From contig OZ244070.1 in the NCBI GenBank assembly GCA_965215605.1, positions 3,840,001-3,904,000 of the forward strand: a stretch of DNA of 64,000 nt, written 5' to 3'. This DNA is from an uncultured Candidatus Binatia bacterium (lineage in GTDB: Bacteria > Desulfobacterota > Binatia > UBA9968 > JAJDTQ01). Within the stretch, counting starts at the first letter, position 1, and each line of letters begins with the position of its first letter. Under the pieces are notes generated by a model that saw nothing but the letters and a program-made list of their open reading frames with translations, ran no database searches and was not told the DNA's origin. Below are positions 37,312 through 45,775 of the stretch, in pieces. The translations under genes and the position numbers were made by a program.

Positions 37312-38025
37312 ATGTCTGCCCCCCACGACACCTTGGTCCGCAACATCTTCGACCGGATCGCACGGCGCTACGACCTGCTCAACCGCATAATCAGTTTTCG
37401 GTTGGACTCGTTGTGGCGGCGAAAGGCCATCGGCGCCCTCGGCATCGCGGACCGCCCCGCTCTCGTGCTGGACATGGGGACGGGGACCGGCGCTCTGGCC
37501 CTTGACGCGTGCAGGGTCCTGCGCCCCGGCGCGCGGGTCGTAGGGCTGGACTTCTCGCAAGCCATGCTCAGCCGCGCGCGCGCGCGGACCGCGCGGGCCG
37601 GGCACGGGAACCAGGCCGCTTTCGTGCTGGCCCACGCCCTGGCCGCACCCGTCGGAAACGGGGTCTTCGACGCGGTCATGAGCGCCTTCGTGCTGCGCAA
37701 CGTGGGAAATCTCGAATCGTTCTTCCACGAGTCGTACCGAGTGCTGAAGCCGGGCGGCCGGATGGTCTGCCTGGACATGTTCCCGCCTCCCCAGGGCGTA
37801 TTCTCGTGGCTCTATTGGCTCTACTTCGGAAAGCTCATGCCGCGTATCGGCAGCCTGGTGAGCGGTGATCCGGCCGCCTACCGGTATCTGTCCGACTCGG
37901 TCAGGGCTTTCGTCTCCCCCGCCACCGTGGCGGCCACCATCGCATCGGCCGGTTTCGTCGAGACGCGCACCGTCCCGTACATGCGCGGCGCCGTCTGTCT
38001 TCACCTCGCCGCCAAGCCCCGGTAA
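37312..38025 (+). CDS. menG: Demethylmenaquinone methyltransferase (UbiE/MenG)
   Basis: FDRIARRYDLLNRIISF, LDMGTGTG, LRNV, AYRYLSDS. Confidence 0.9.
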   Translation: MSAPHDTLVRNIFDRIARRYDLLNRIISFRLDSLWRRKAIGALGIADRPALVLDMGTGTGALALDACRVLRPGARVVGLDFSQAMLSRARARTARAGHGNQAAFVLAHALAAPVGNGVFDAVMSAFVLRNVGNLESFFHESYRVLKPGGRMVCLDMFPPPQGVFSWLYWLYFGKLMPRIGSLVSGDPAAYRYLSDSVRAFVSPATVAATIASAGFVETRTVPYMRGAVCLHLAAKPR

Positions 38026-38040
38026 CTGCAGCCGAATGTC

Positions 38041-38856
38041 ATGAACCCTTACGCAGCAGCGTTCGTAATGTTTCTCTACCAGTTGTCGGTGGGCGGGCTG
38101 GTGGGTCTGTCGGTGACCCCGTTCACGGATCTGGAGAGAGGCTTCTACAAATCCACCGCAGGGGTCCTGGTCGCCGCCGCGGTGCTGGCGCTGTGGGGAC
38201 AGCTCGACCTCCTGCCACGGGCGCAGGGGTTGAGCGAGATCATGAATCTCGTTCTGTTGGGAGGATTTACCCTATTTCTGATTCTTTACTTCATAACGTT
38301 GTGGGGTGAACGGGCATTCCTGCGCGCGCGGTTCTTCTCCACCGCGATCCTGATCGGCGCAACCGGAATCATGGTGGCCTCTTACGGTTTCTCCCACGGC
38401 CCTCTCGGGCCCGTGGAAGCCGTATTCCTTCCCGTCAGGTTCGCCGTATCCTCGCTGCTGCTGGGGGCCGTCACCGTCGGCATGCTGATCGGCCACTGGT
38501 ACCTGATCGAAACCGGCCAGAGTCTCGAACCGTTCTTCCGGGTCTTCCGCTTCTTCGTAACGATGCTGGTCATTCAGACGGGCCTGGAGGCCGCCGCCAC
38601 CGCCCTGCTCTACCTGCTCGGCACCGGAGAAACCGTGGCGGCCATCGAACGCCTCTTCAACCACCACCACCTGCTGCTGCTTTCGCGCTTCGTCGTGGCC
38701 CAGCTCGGCCCGCTGCTGCTTTCATACATGATCTGGAAGACTCTCGCGGACTTCAAGAACACCATGGCGGCCACGGGCCTGTTCTACATCGCCCTGCTCG
38801 GCGTCTTCGTGGGTGAGCTCCTGTCCAGCCAGATCCTGGCCCTGCTGCCCGGCTAG
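38041..38856 (+). CDS. Uncharacterised polytopic membrane protein
   Basis: About 7-8 hydrophobic segments, MLIGHWYL and ATGLFY motifs; co-oriented with menG. Confidence 0.75.
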   Translation: MNPYAAAFVMFLYQLSVGGLVGLSVTPFTDLERGFYKSTAGVLVAAAVLALWGQLDLLPRAQGLSEIMNLVLLGGFTLFLILYFITLWGERAFLRARFFSTAILIGATGIMVASYGFSHGPLGPVEAVFLPVRFAVSSLLLGAVTVGMLIGHWYLIETGQSLEPFFRVFRFFVTMLVIQTGLEAAATALLYLLGTGETVAAIERLFNHHHLLLLSRFVVAQLGPLLLSYMIWKTLADFKNTMAATGLFYIALLGVFVGELLSSQILALLPG

Positions 38857-39200
38857 GCCGGGCGCCTGTCCGAGTCCTGTCTCCGACCACCCGGGGCCCG
38901 GTCCCCTCTGGGGTAAGTCCTTATCTTGATGATTCGAAGCCCGTGACTGGTCCAGCCGAGATCGTACCCTACGACCATTCCCTCTCTAAGGCCCCTGGGC
39001 GACCTCACCGGGCCGGACATCAGGACCATCTGGTAGGAGAACCGGACGTCCCGGCCGCTTGCGGTCCGGACGACTCCGGTGCCCTTTCGTGGCGAAAGGC
39101 GCCGGATGATCCCGTGATAGTACAGATCCGGCTGCTCCTCGGGAATCGGGACCCCCGGGTCGCCGCCGGCTACGTCAGCCTTTTCATCGCTTTCAACCAT
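38853..39200 (-). CDS. Small protein with cold-shock/OB-fold-like pattern
   Basis: YHGIIRRL..GTGVVRTASGRDVRF..LREGMVVGYDL; start ATG 39200 is tentative. Confidence 0.6.
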   Translation of the reverse strand: MVESDEKADVAGGDPGVPIPEEQPDLYYHGIIRRLSPRKGTGVVRTASGRDVRFSYQMVLMSGPVRSPRGLREGMVVGYDLGWTSHGLRIIKIRTYPRGDRAPGGRRQDSDRRPA

Positions 39201-39316
39201 CGACCGTTCCCATCCGTTTCTGGCCGTCCCCCCGGTTCGACAGACACCCATCCTATCTCTCCGGGTCCTGAACTTCAAACCGGAAGGGTTCCTGAGGGGC
39301 CGTCGGGCCACCGCCG

Positions 39317-39400
39317 TCGACGAAATCGTCGAATCCCACAAATTATTGATTTTACGCATAAAAATAGTAGGCATTTGATCGAACTCGACAATTTCGTCGA
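39317..39400. promoter_or_regulatory. Pair of 16-bp palindromic sites (candidate enhancer-binding-protein UAS) flanking an IHF consensus site
   Basis: TCGACGAAATCGTCGA (39317-39332), TCGACAATTTCGTCGA (39385-39400), AATCAATAATTTG on - (39339-39351). Confidence 0.6.
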
Positions 39401-39425
39401 GTCAGAGCAAACAAAACCGCCCAAA

Positions 39426-39459
39426 TATCAACAAGTTGGCCGATGGCACGAAAAGTGCA
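39426..39459 (+). promoter_or_regulatory. IHF site plus sigma54 -24/-12 promoter
   Basis: TATCAACAAGTTG fits WATCAANNNNTTR; TGGCACG-AAAA-GTGCA has correct GG/GC spacing. Confidence 0.7.
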
Positions 39460-39583
39460 TTCGTCAGACTGGGGGTCTGGAGCGCCATCGCGCCCAGATT
39501 TGTTCGCGAAACGGAGGTCATTCACGGCCTGAAATGGGAAAATTTGACAAATATTTCCCATATGAGTAATAGAAAGAGCCAAT

Positions 39584-40648
39584 ATGCTGTCCACGGAAGT
39601 GAAACCGCTGGAAAAGAACTTCATCGCCGAAGCTCTCTCCCAACCCCAGGCACGGGAACTTGTCGGCATAGCCGAGGAGTTCTCCCTCGGCGAATTCTGC
39701 TCCGCCGCCGGGCTTCATCGGGAATCCGCCGAACCGTTCTTCATCCTGGAAACCAAACGGGGCAAGTTCGTGGTCTGCATCGAGGGGATCAAGAGCGAGA
39801 ACGAGGTGAAGCACGACATCGAGTTGCTCCTGTTCCTGCGGCGCCACGGTTTTCAGTGCCTCCAGCCCTTGAAGAGCCGCGACGGCCAGCACTATCTCCA
39901 GGCGGACGGCCGCTTCATTTCCGCCAGCCGCAACATCGACGGCAACGAAGTGCCGGTGGGCGATCTCACGCTGGCGCAGCATTCGGCCGCGGGACATGTG
40001 CTCGCGGACCTGCACCTCATCGGCAGGGGTTACAAGAAGGGGGTCGAGAACCGCTTTTCGTTTCCACGAGTGGCGGCGATGTACCAGGAGGTGAGGAAAA
40101 ACCTGCCGGCGCATCTCAAGACCATCGTGCGGGTGCTGGATGACGAGGTCAACTACCTCGAAGGATACCTCGACAACAACCTGCCCAAGGGCATCATTCA
40201 CGGCAACCTCTCCTGGGAAAGCATGAAGTTCAAGGGTTCGCGTCTCGTCGGCATCATGAACTTCGACAGGGCCTGCCGCGGGAAGTTCATCTGCGACCTG
40301 GCCACCACCGTGAATGCCGTGTGCTACTACGAGGGAAGGTATCGGCTGGACCGGTTCGAAGAGCTGATTCTGGGTTACGAGAGTTTGCGGCCGCTGTCGC
40401 TGCCCGAGTGGGATTCCTTTCCCAACGAGCTCCGCTTTTCGGCTCTCAGGACGGCGGTCACCAGCCTGTACGACTTCTATCTCCGGAAACGGGCCGAACG
40501 GCAACGCATCCAGAAGACCTTCGTCGACTTCTTCGAACGGCTCCTGATCCTCAGACGGGAGAAGGACGGCGGCATGGAAGACCTGCTGTTGTCCATGGCA
40601 ACCGGATACGACTACCGGAAATATCAGAAATCGAAGCCGTCCAGGTAG
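39584..40648 (+). CDS. APH/type II homoserine kinase-fold protein, probable pseudokinase
   Basis: LADLH, LPKGIIHGNL, GIMNFDRAC, DLAT, GYESLRPLS; catalytic Asp positions read Asn. Confidence 0.8.
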   Translation: MLSTEVKPLEKNFIAEALSQPQARELVGIAEEFSLGEFCSAAGLHRESAEPFFILETKRGKFVVCIEGIKSENEVKHDIELLLFLRRHGFQCLQPLKSRDGQHYLQADGRFISASRNIDGNEVPVGDLTLAQHSAAGHVLADLHLIGRGYKKGVENRFSFPRVAAMYQEVRKNLPAHLKTIVRVLDDEVNYLEGYLDNNLPKGIIHGNLSWESMKFKGSRLVGIMNFDRACRGKFICDLATTVNAVCYYEGRYRLDRFEELILGYESLRPLSLPEWDSFPNELRFSALRTAVTSLYDFYLRKRAERQRIQKTFVDFFERLLILRREKDGGMEDLLLSMATGYDYRKYQKSKPSR

Positions 40649-40666
40649 CCCGGCAGGAGGGCGCGG

Positions 40667-41029
40667 TCATGGCACCGGCGTGTGCCGGCGCACGGTCTTG
40701 ACGAAGGCGAAGCCGCTGAAACCCAACCCCATCAATAAAAGCAGCAAGCCGCCCCGGAGCACCACGTAGAAAAAGTCCACCTTGATCCGGGCGGCATTGT
40801 ACTTCTCCCTCTCTTCATGGATCCGGCCCAGAATCTCCGTGCTCTTCGTCGAACCCGACTCCCCGGATCCGCCGGCCCGGTCCTCCGCTCTCATCTTCGA
40901 ACCGGCGTCCATCAAGGCTCGGTAATGCGCCACCTGAACCGCGCCGACGACCCAGTTGCCGGCGCCAAGCAAAACGAGCACCACGCCGAACGCAAAAAAC
41001 GGGTCCAAGTAAATCTGCCTGGACTTCAT
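40667..41029 (-). CDS. Hypothetical two-TM membrane protein
   Basis: Hydrophobic N- and C-terminal segments around a polar loop. Confidence 0.6.
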   Translation of the reverse strand: MKSRQIYLDPFFAFGVVLVLLGAGNWVVGAVQVAHYRALMDAGSKMRAEDRAGGSGESGSTKSTEILGRIHEEREKYNAARIKVDFFYVVLRGGLLLLLMGLGFSGFAFVKTVRRHTPVP

Positions 41030-41082
41030 GACCGCCTCGCACGATAACCAACCCATGATCTGTGGTCAATACGGAGGGCTCG

Positions 41083-41805
41083 ATGAAATCCTACGTGATC
41101 GGTGACATGCACGGCTGCGTGGCCGAGTTGACCGCGCTGGTCGAGTTCTTGCCGCTGGAACGGGGCGACACCGTGGTCTTCCTCGGCGACTACATCGACC
41201 GCGGGCCCGACTCCAGGGGCGTGGTCGACTGTCTGCTGGCGTTGCGCGGGCGGGGCGCGCAGGAAACGGTGTTCCTGAGGGGCAACCACGAGGACATGAT
41301 GCTGTCGTTCGTGGGCCTCTCGGGGAATCACGGCGACGCATTTCTCCTGAACGGCGGAGTTGCCACGCTGGCGAGCTACGGGGTGGCCGCGCCCGCGGGA
41401 CGGCCGACCCCTGCCGACGGCCAGCGGTTGCTGGAGGCCCTGCCGCCGGACCACATCGAGTTCTTCGTGAGGCTGGAACCCTGGTATTTCATGGACGGAT
41501 TTCTGTGCGTCCACGCCGGCATCAACCCGCAACGTTCATGGGAGGACCAGACAGGCGAGGAACTCATCTGGATCCGGCACGAGTTCATCACGAATCCACA
41601 CGCCCTGTCCCGGACGGTGTTGTTCGGCCACACCCCGATGAAGGACGTCTTCTTCAACCTGCCCTACAAGATCGGCCTCGATACGGGACTGGTCTACGGT
41701 AACGCCCTGAGTTGTCTCGAAACGACGGAACGGACGCTGTACCAGATACGGCACGGCAGCACCGAAGTCTCCGTAACCGACGTGGCCCGTCACTGGGCGC
41801 GGTAA
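41083..41805 (+). CDS. PPP-family metallophosphoesterase (Ser/Thr phosphatase-like)
   Basis: GDMHG, GDYIDRGP, RGNHE, VHAG, FGHTP, LDTG; GGAGGG SD. Confidence 0.93.
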   Translation: MKSYVIGDMHGCVAELTALVEFLPLERGDTVVFLGDYIDRGPDSRGVVDCLLALRGRGAQETVFLRGNHEDMMLSFVGLSGNHGDAFLLNGGVATLASYGVAAPAGRPTPADGQRLLEALPPDHIEFFVRLEPWYFMDGFLCVHAGINPQRSWEDQTGEELIWIRHEFITNPHALSRTVLFGHTPMKDVFFNLPYKIGLDTGLVYGNALSCLETTERTLYQIRHGSTEVSVTDVARHWAR

Positions 41806-41835
41806 CGTAACCGCGGACACGCCGGCGCGGCGCCG

Positions 41836-42936
41836 CTACGGATGCACCGACTCGAGGAACCACTCGGTCGGGATCTCCCGGCCGAGGCCCTTGGCCCTGG
41901 CGTCCTCGTAGACGGCGCTTCCGACGGCCGCGAACTGGACGCCGAGCCCGATGTTGTTGACGAAGCAGGTCGATTCTTCGGGCCCGCTCCGCCCGGCCAC
42001 CTTCCCCGCCACCACATCCTTCAACTCCGGCGCGTCGATCCAGGCAGGAACCTCGGGCCGCGCCACCGCATCCTTGTCGGCGGCGGTGAGGAAATCGATG
42101 GGGTCGTGGGCCTCGACCTTCTCGTCGCCCATGCCGGCGATGTAGTTCTCGGGCGCGATCTTGCGCGTATGGATGACCACCCGGTCGGCCCGGCCGATGG
42201 TGTCGTCGCCGAGTTCCGACGTCTTCACGCAGGTGAAGTGCACGCCGGGTTTCACCCATTCCGGCAGGATCACGCGCGTGATGGCGTTGGTGGCGGCCAC
42301 CAGAACCTGTGCCTGCTCCGCCACCTTGTCCGCATCTCCGCACGGCTCCACCGGCAAGCCTGCCCGCGCGGCCATCTCCTCGGCGAACGATTCCCGGTTC
42401 GCCTTGGTGGGGCTGAACACCAGGACCTTCTCGAAGGTACGCACCTTGCTGAACGCTTCCACGTGGGCGCGGGCCTGCCAGCCGGAGCCGAAGATGCCGA
42501 GTTGGGTCGCGTCCTCCCTTGCCATGTACCGGGCCGCCAGGGCGCTCGAGGCCGCCACCCGGAAAGCCTGAATGACCCCGTCGGGGAAGATGGCCAGGGG
42601 CTCCCCGGTCTCCGCGGAGAACAGCAGCACCAGACCCACCCATTTGCCGCCGGGGGCCTTGGGAAGCTTGTCCTTCACGATGCGGCCGCCACGGTCCTCC
42701 CAGCGGATGACATCGGAGTTCAGCCGCAGGGCCACCACCTTGGGATCGAACAGGCCCGCCTCCATGGACTTGAAGGCGTATACGCCGGAGGTCTCGGGAA
42801 AAGGCAGATAGAGATCGGTGCGCGGGCGGTTCACGGCCTCCCCGTTGGCGAGCTGGCGGTAGGCCTTGTCCAGCACCTGGAGGCACGAGTCCATCGAGAG
42901 CAGTCCCTCGATCTCGTCATTGTTCAGAATCAACAT
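41836..42936 (-). CDS. Ornithine cyclodeaminase/mu-crystallin family protein 1
   Basis: ETGEPLA, FRVAASS, GSGWQA, GVHFT, GLGVQFAAVG. Confidence 0.9.
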   Translation of the reverse strand: MLILNNDEIEGLLSMDSCLQVLDKAYRQLANGEAVNRPRTDLYLPFPETSGVYAFKSMEAGLFDPKVVALRLNSDVIRWEDRGGRIVKDKLPKAPGGKWVGLVLLFSAETGEPLAIFPDGVIQAFRVAASSALAARYMAREDATQLGIFGSGWQARAHVEAFSKVRTFEKVLVFSPTKANRESFAEEMAARAGLPVEPCGDADKVAEQAQVLVAATNAITRVILPEWVKPGVHFTCVKTSELGDDTIGRADRVVIHTRKIAPENYIAGMGDEKVEAHDPIDFLTAADKDAVARPEVPAWIDAPELKDVVAGKVAGRSGPEESTCFVNNIGLGVQFAAVGSAVYEDARAKGLGREIPTEWFLESVHP

Positions 42937-42981
42937 GGCGCGTTTCCTCCTGGCGTGCTCCGGTCATGTGTCCTGCGGACA

Positions 42982-43123
42982 GGGAGCGGCGGGTGGGGCA
43001 CTCCGAAATCCGTTGACGCCGGGCATGCGTGGCGACGACTCACGACGCGGCTCGTGCGGAGTGGAACCACCGAACGCGAGCAGGAGCGTCTCCGGATTTC
43101 GGAGTGCTCCATCCGCTGCTCCC
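42982..43123. mobile_element. 142-bp MITE-like or long-hairpin element
   Basis: About 38-bp imperfect terminal inverted repeats GGGAGCGGCGGGTGGGGCACTCCGAAATCCG../..CGGATTTCGGAGTGCTCCATCCGCTGCTCCC. Confidence 0.6.
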
Positions 43124-43136
43124 CACCCACCGTTGG

Positions 43137-44240
43137 TCAGTCGCGTATATCCTGGAGCAGCCACTCCGTGGGAATCTCCTTCCCCAACCCCTGCTCCCTG
43201 GCCAGCTCGTAGACTCTCCCAGCCACCGAATAGAACTGGGCGCCCTGCACGTTGCCCCGCTCGGAATAGGTGATCTGCGCCGCCGACGTCCGCCCCTTCC
43301 GGCTGCCCGCCAGCAGCTCCGCCAGCATCACGTTCTTGTCTCCGCCCTGCACGCCATGGGCGCGCCGGCGCTTGCGCTTCATCCTGAAGCCGGCGTCGTC
43401 TTCGGGCCGCGCCGCGTAGGTGATGTACTCGTCGGGGAGACCCAAGTCGTCGAGGCCCCAGGGCGCCGGCGACGTCCCCAGCCGGAGGGACGCGTCGATG
43501 CGGTCGAAGGTCTCCGCGTCCGGGCGGCCGCCGATGGAGGTGATGTGCGTGCCCTCCTCGACCAACGCCCCCTTGATGATATCCACGGCGGAGTCGGTGC
43601 AGCCGGCGATGATGTCGGCTCCCTTGTAGACTGCGTCCGGATCGCCCAGGGGCACCGCTTCCACGTCGAACTGCTCCGTCATCTCCCTGGCGTACTGCTC
43701 CCGGTTGGCCTTGGTGGGACTGTAGACCTGCACCCGCTCGATGCGGCGGACCTGCAGGAACGCTTCCAGGTGGGAACGCGCCATGCCGCCGGAGCCGACC
43801 ATGCCCACCACCGCGGCATCCTCCCGGGCCATGTACTTGGCGCCGATGCCGGAATCGGCGCCCACCCGCATGTGCTGGAGATGGCCGTCGTTCAGCAACG
43901 CCAACGGCTCGCCGTTGTGGATGCTGGTGAGCAGGATCAGGCCGCAGAAGCGTCCCGGCCGCACACAGTACTTCTCCTGGGTGACGGCGCCGTTGTACTC
44001 CTGCTCGTAGATGACGTCCGACTTCATCCGGATGGCGAAATAGCCGGAGGTGGACCCCCCCTCCATGGTGCCCCACTGGTACATCTTCTCCGGATCCGGG
44101 GTCGGCACCTGCAGATCGATACGCGGCCGGCAGACGGCTTCCTGCTCCACCAGCTCGATGTACGCCTTCTCCAGCGCCGCCATGGTGACGTCCATGGTGA
44201 GCACCTGCTTCACATCGTCGTTATTCAGGATCAGGGTCAT
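43137..44240 (-). CDS. Ornithine cyclodeaminase/mu-crystallin family protein 2
   Basis: NGEPLA, MRVGADS, GSGGMA, GTHITSIG. Confidence 0.9.
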   Translation of the reverse strand: MTLILNNDDVKQVLTMDVTMAALEKAYIELVEQEAVCRPRIDLQVPTPDPEKMYQWGTMEGGSTSGYFAIRMKSDVIYEQEYNGAVTQEKYCVRPGRFCGLILLTSIHNGEPLALLNDGHLQHMRVGADSGIGAKYMAREDAAVVGMVGSGGMARSHLEAFLQVRRIERVQVYSPTKANREQYAREMTEQFDVEAVPLGDPDAVYKGADIIAGCTDSAVDIIKGALVEEGTHITSIGGRPDAETFDRIDASLRLGTSPAPWGLDDLGLPDEYITYAARPEDDAGFRMKRKRRRAHGVQGGDKNVMLAELLAGSRKGRTSAAQITYSERGNVQGAQFYSVAGRVYELAREQGLGKEIPTEWLLQDIRD

Positions 44241-44262
44241 GGCAACGTCCTCTCCCACCCCT

Positions 44263-45351
44263 CTACAGGGGCTCCCGTGCCTCGGCGCCGTCGATGGGCA
44301 GCTCGATGCCCAATCCCCTCTCGCGGGCCAACTCGTACAGCCTGCCGCCTATGGCCACGTCGGAGATCCCCACGCCGCCGGTGTTCTTGAACAGGGTGAT
44401 CTGGTCCGCGTCCGTTCGTCCGGGCTTGGCGCCGTTCAGGATCTCGCCCACCTCGACGATCTTGTCCCAGGAAATGATCCCCTTCTCCAGCCGTTCCATG
44501 AAGTCTCCGGGCTGATCCACCCGGAGCGTCTCGCAGGAGTTGACCCCGATGACATCCGCCCGCCGCATGCTCTCGTCGTCCAGTTCCTGACGCATCTTGG
44601 GGACGAAACCGCCGCGCTTGAGGCCGATGTTGCTCACCACGATGGAGGTCAGATGAACTCCCGGCTCCAGCCACTCCCCGTCCAGCACCGGGACGTTCGA
44701 GCTGGTGGCCGCAACCACGATGTCGACGCCCCGGACCGCCTCCCGGGCGCTGTCCACCGGGTGGATGTCCAGGCCGGTGAGGTCGCCCATCTCGTCCGCG
44801 AACTCCTTGCGGTGCTCCGGGTTCGGGCTGAAAACCTTGACGCTGCTGAGCTCGCGGATCTCCTTCAGCGCCAGCAGATGATACTTGGCCTGGTTCTGGG
44901 ATCCCAGCATGCCGATGGTGCTGGCATCCGGCCTGGCCATGACGTCCGTGCCCACCGCGCTGTTGGCGGCCGTACGCAACGCGGACACGCCGCTCAGGGA
45001 AAGTTCCCGGGGTCTGGGCTCGCCGATGACGATGCAGCGCAACTCTCCGGTCTCGGAGTCGAACAGCACCTGCGTCGGCCGGCCGCGGACCGGAAACGCT
45101 TCGATGGAATGCTCGCCGCGGACCGGGTTCTTGGTCCACTCGCAATGGGTCATGAGGCCGGTGACCCCCACCTGCGGGAGCCCCCCCTGGTGCACGCTGA
45201 CACGCACGTTGGACGGCATGTGGGTGCGGTGCCGCACCATGCTGATGTCCGGGTTGCGACCCCACTGGGCGAACCCCTCCCGGACCAGATCGATGGCATC
45301 CTTCATGGTGATCAACCCGTCAATGTCTTCCGGACGCAGTACCAGTATCAT
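44263..45351 (-). CDS. Ornithine cyclodeaminase/mu-crystallin family protein 3
   Basis: FDSETGE, LRTAANS, GSQNQA, ATSS..PV, ITLFKNTGG.GISD. Confidence 0.9.
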   Translation of the reverse strand: MILVLRPEDIDGLITMKDAIDLVREGFAQWGRNPDISMVRHRTHMPSNVRVSVHQGGLPQVGVTGLMTHCEWTKNPVRGEHSIEAFPVRGRPTQVLFDSETGELRCIVIGEPRPRELSLSGVSALRTAANSAVGTDVMARPDASTIGMLGSQNQAKYHLLALKEIRELSSVKVFSPNPEHRKEFADEMGDLTGLDIHPVDSAREAVRGVDIVVAATSSNVPVLDGEWLEPGVHLTSIVVSNIGLKRGGFVPKMRQELDDESMRRADVIGVNSCETLRVDQPGDFMERLEKGIISWDKIVEVGEILNGAKPGRTDADQITLFKNTGGVGISDVAIGGRLYELARERGLGIELPIDGAEAREPL

Positions 45352-45773
45352 GGTGACAATCCCTTCTGCCTTGACAGCCGTTCCAACCCGCCGTTCCGAA
45401 GCTCCCGGACCAGCGGCAGGTCTCCTTCCAGGAAATCGAGCTCCTCGAGCTCACCGGCCTCCACCCATGCGATGCGCCGGAATGCCTGGTTCCGCGGCTC
45501 TCCGCCGTACGCAAGCACGGCGAAGAAAGCCAGCTCCACCCGAGGCCCGCCGGCGTATGCGTGAGCGTGCCTGAAGACCTCCCGGGCGCTCTCCACCTCG
45601 ATGCCCAACTCTTCCCGGAGCTCCCTCACCAAGGCCGCGCCGGCTTCCTCCCCCGATTCGATCTTGCCCCCGGGGAACTCCCACTTGTACGGGAACGCGC
45701 CCTCCCCCCGCCGCTGGCAGACCAGGAACCGGCCGCCCCTGGCGAGAATCCCGGCCACGACCCGGAGCACCAT
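45348..45773 (-). CDS. MutT/NudG-like NUDIX hydrolase
   Basis: WEFPGGKIESGE..LVRELREELG Nudix box. Confidence 0.9.
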   Translation of the reverse strand: MVLRVVAGILARGGRFLVCQRRGEGAFPYKWEFPGGKIESGEEAGAALVRELREELGIEVESAREVFRHAHAYAGGPRVELAFFAVLAYGGEPRNQAFRRIAWVEAGELEELDFLEGDLPLVRELRNGGLERLSRQKGLSP

Positions 45774-45775
45774 GT

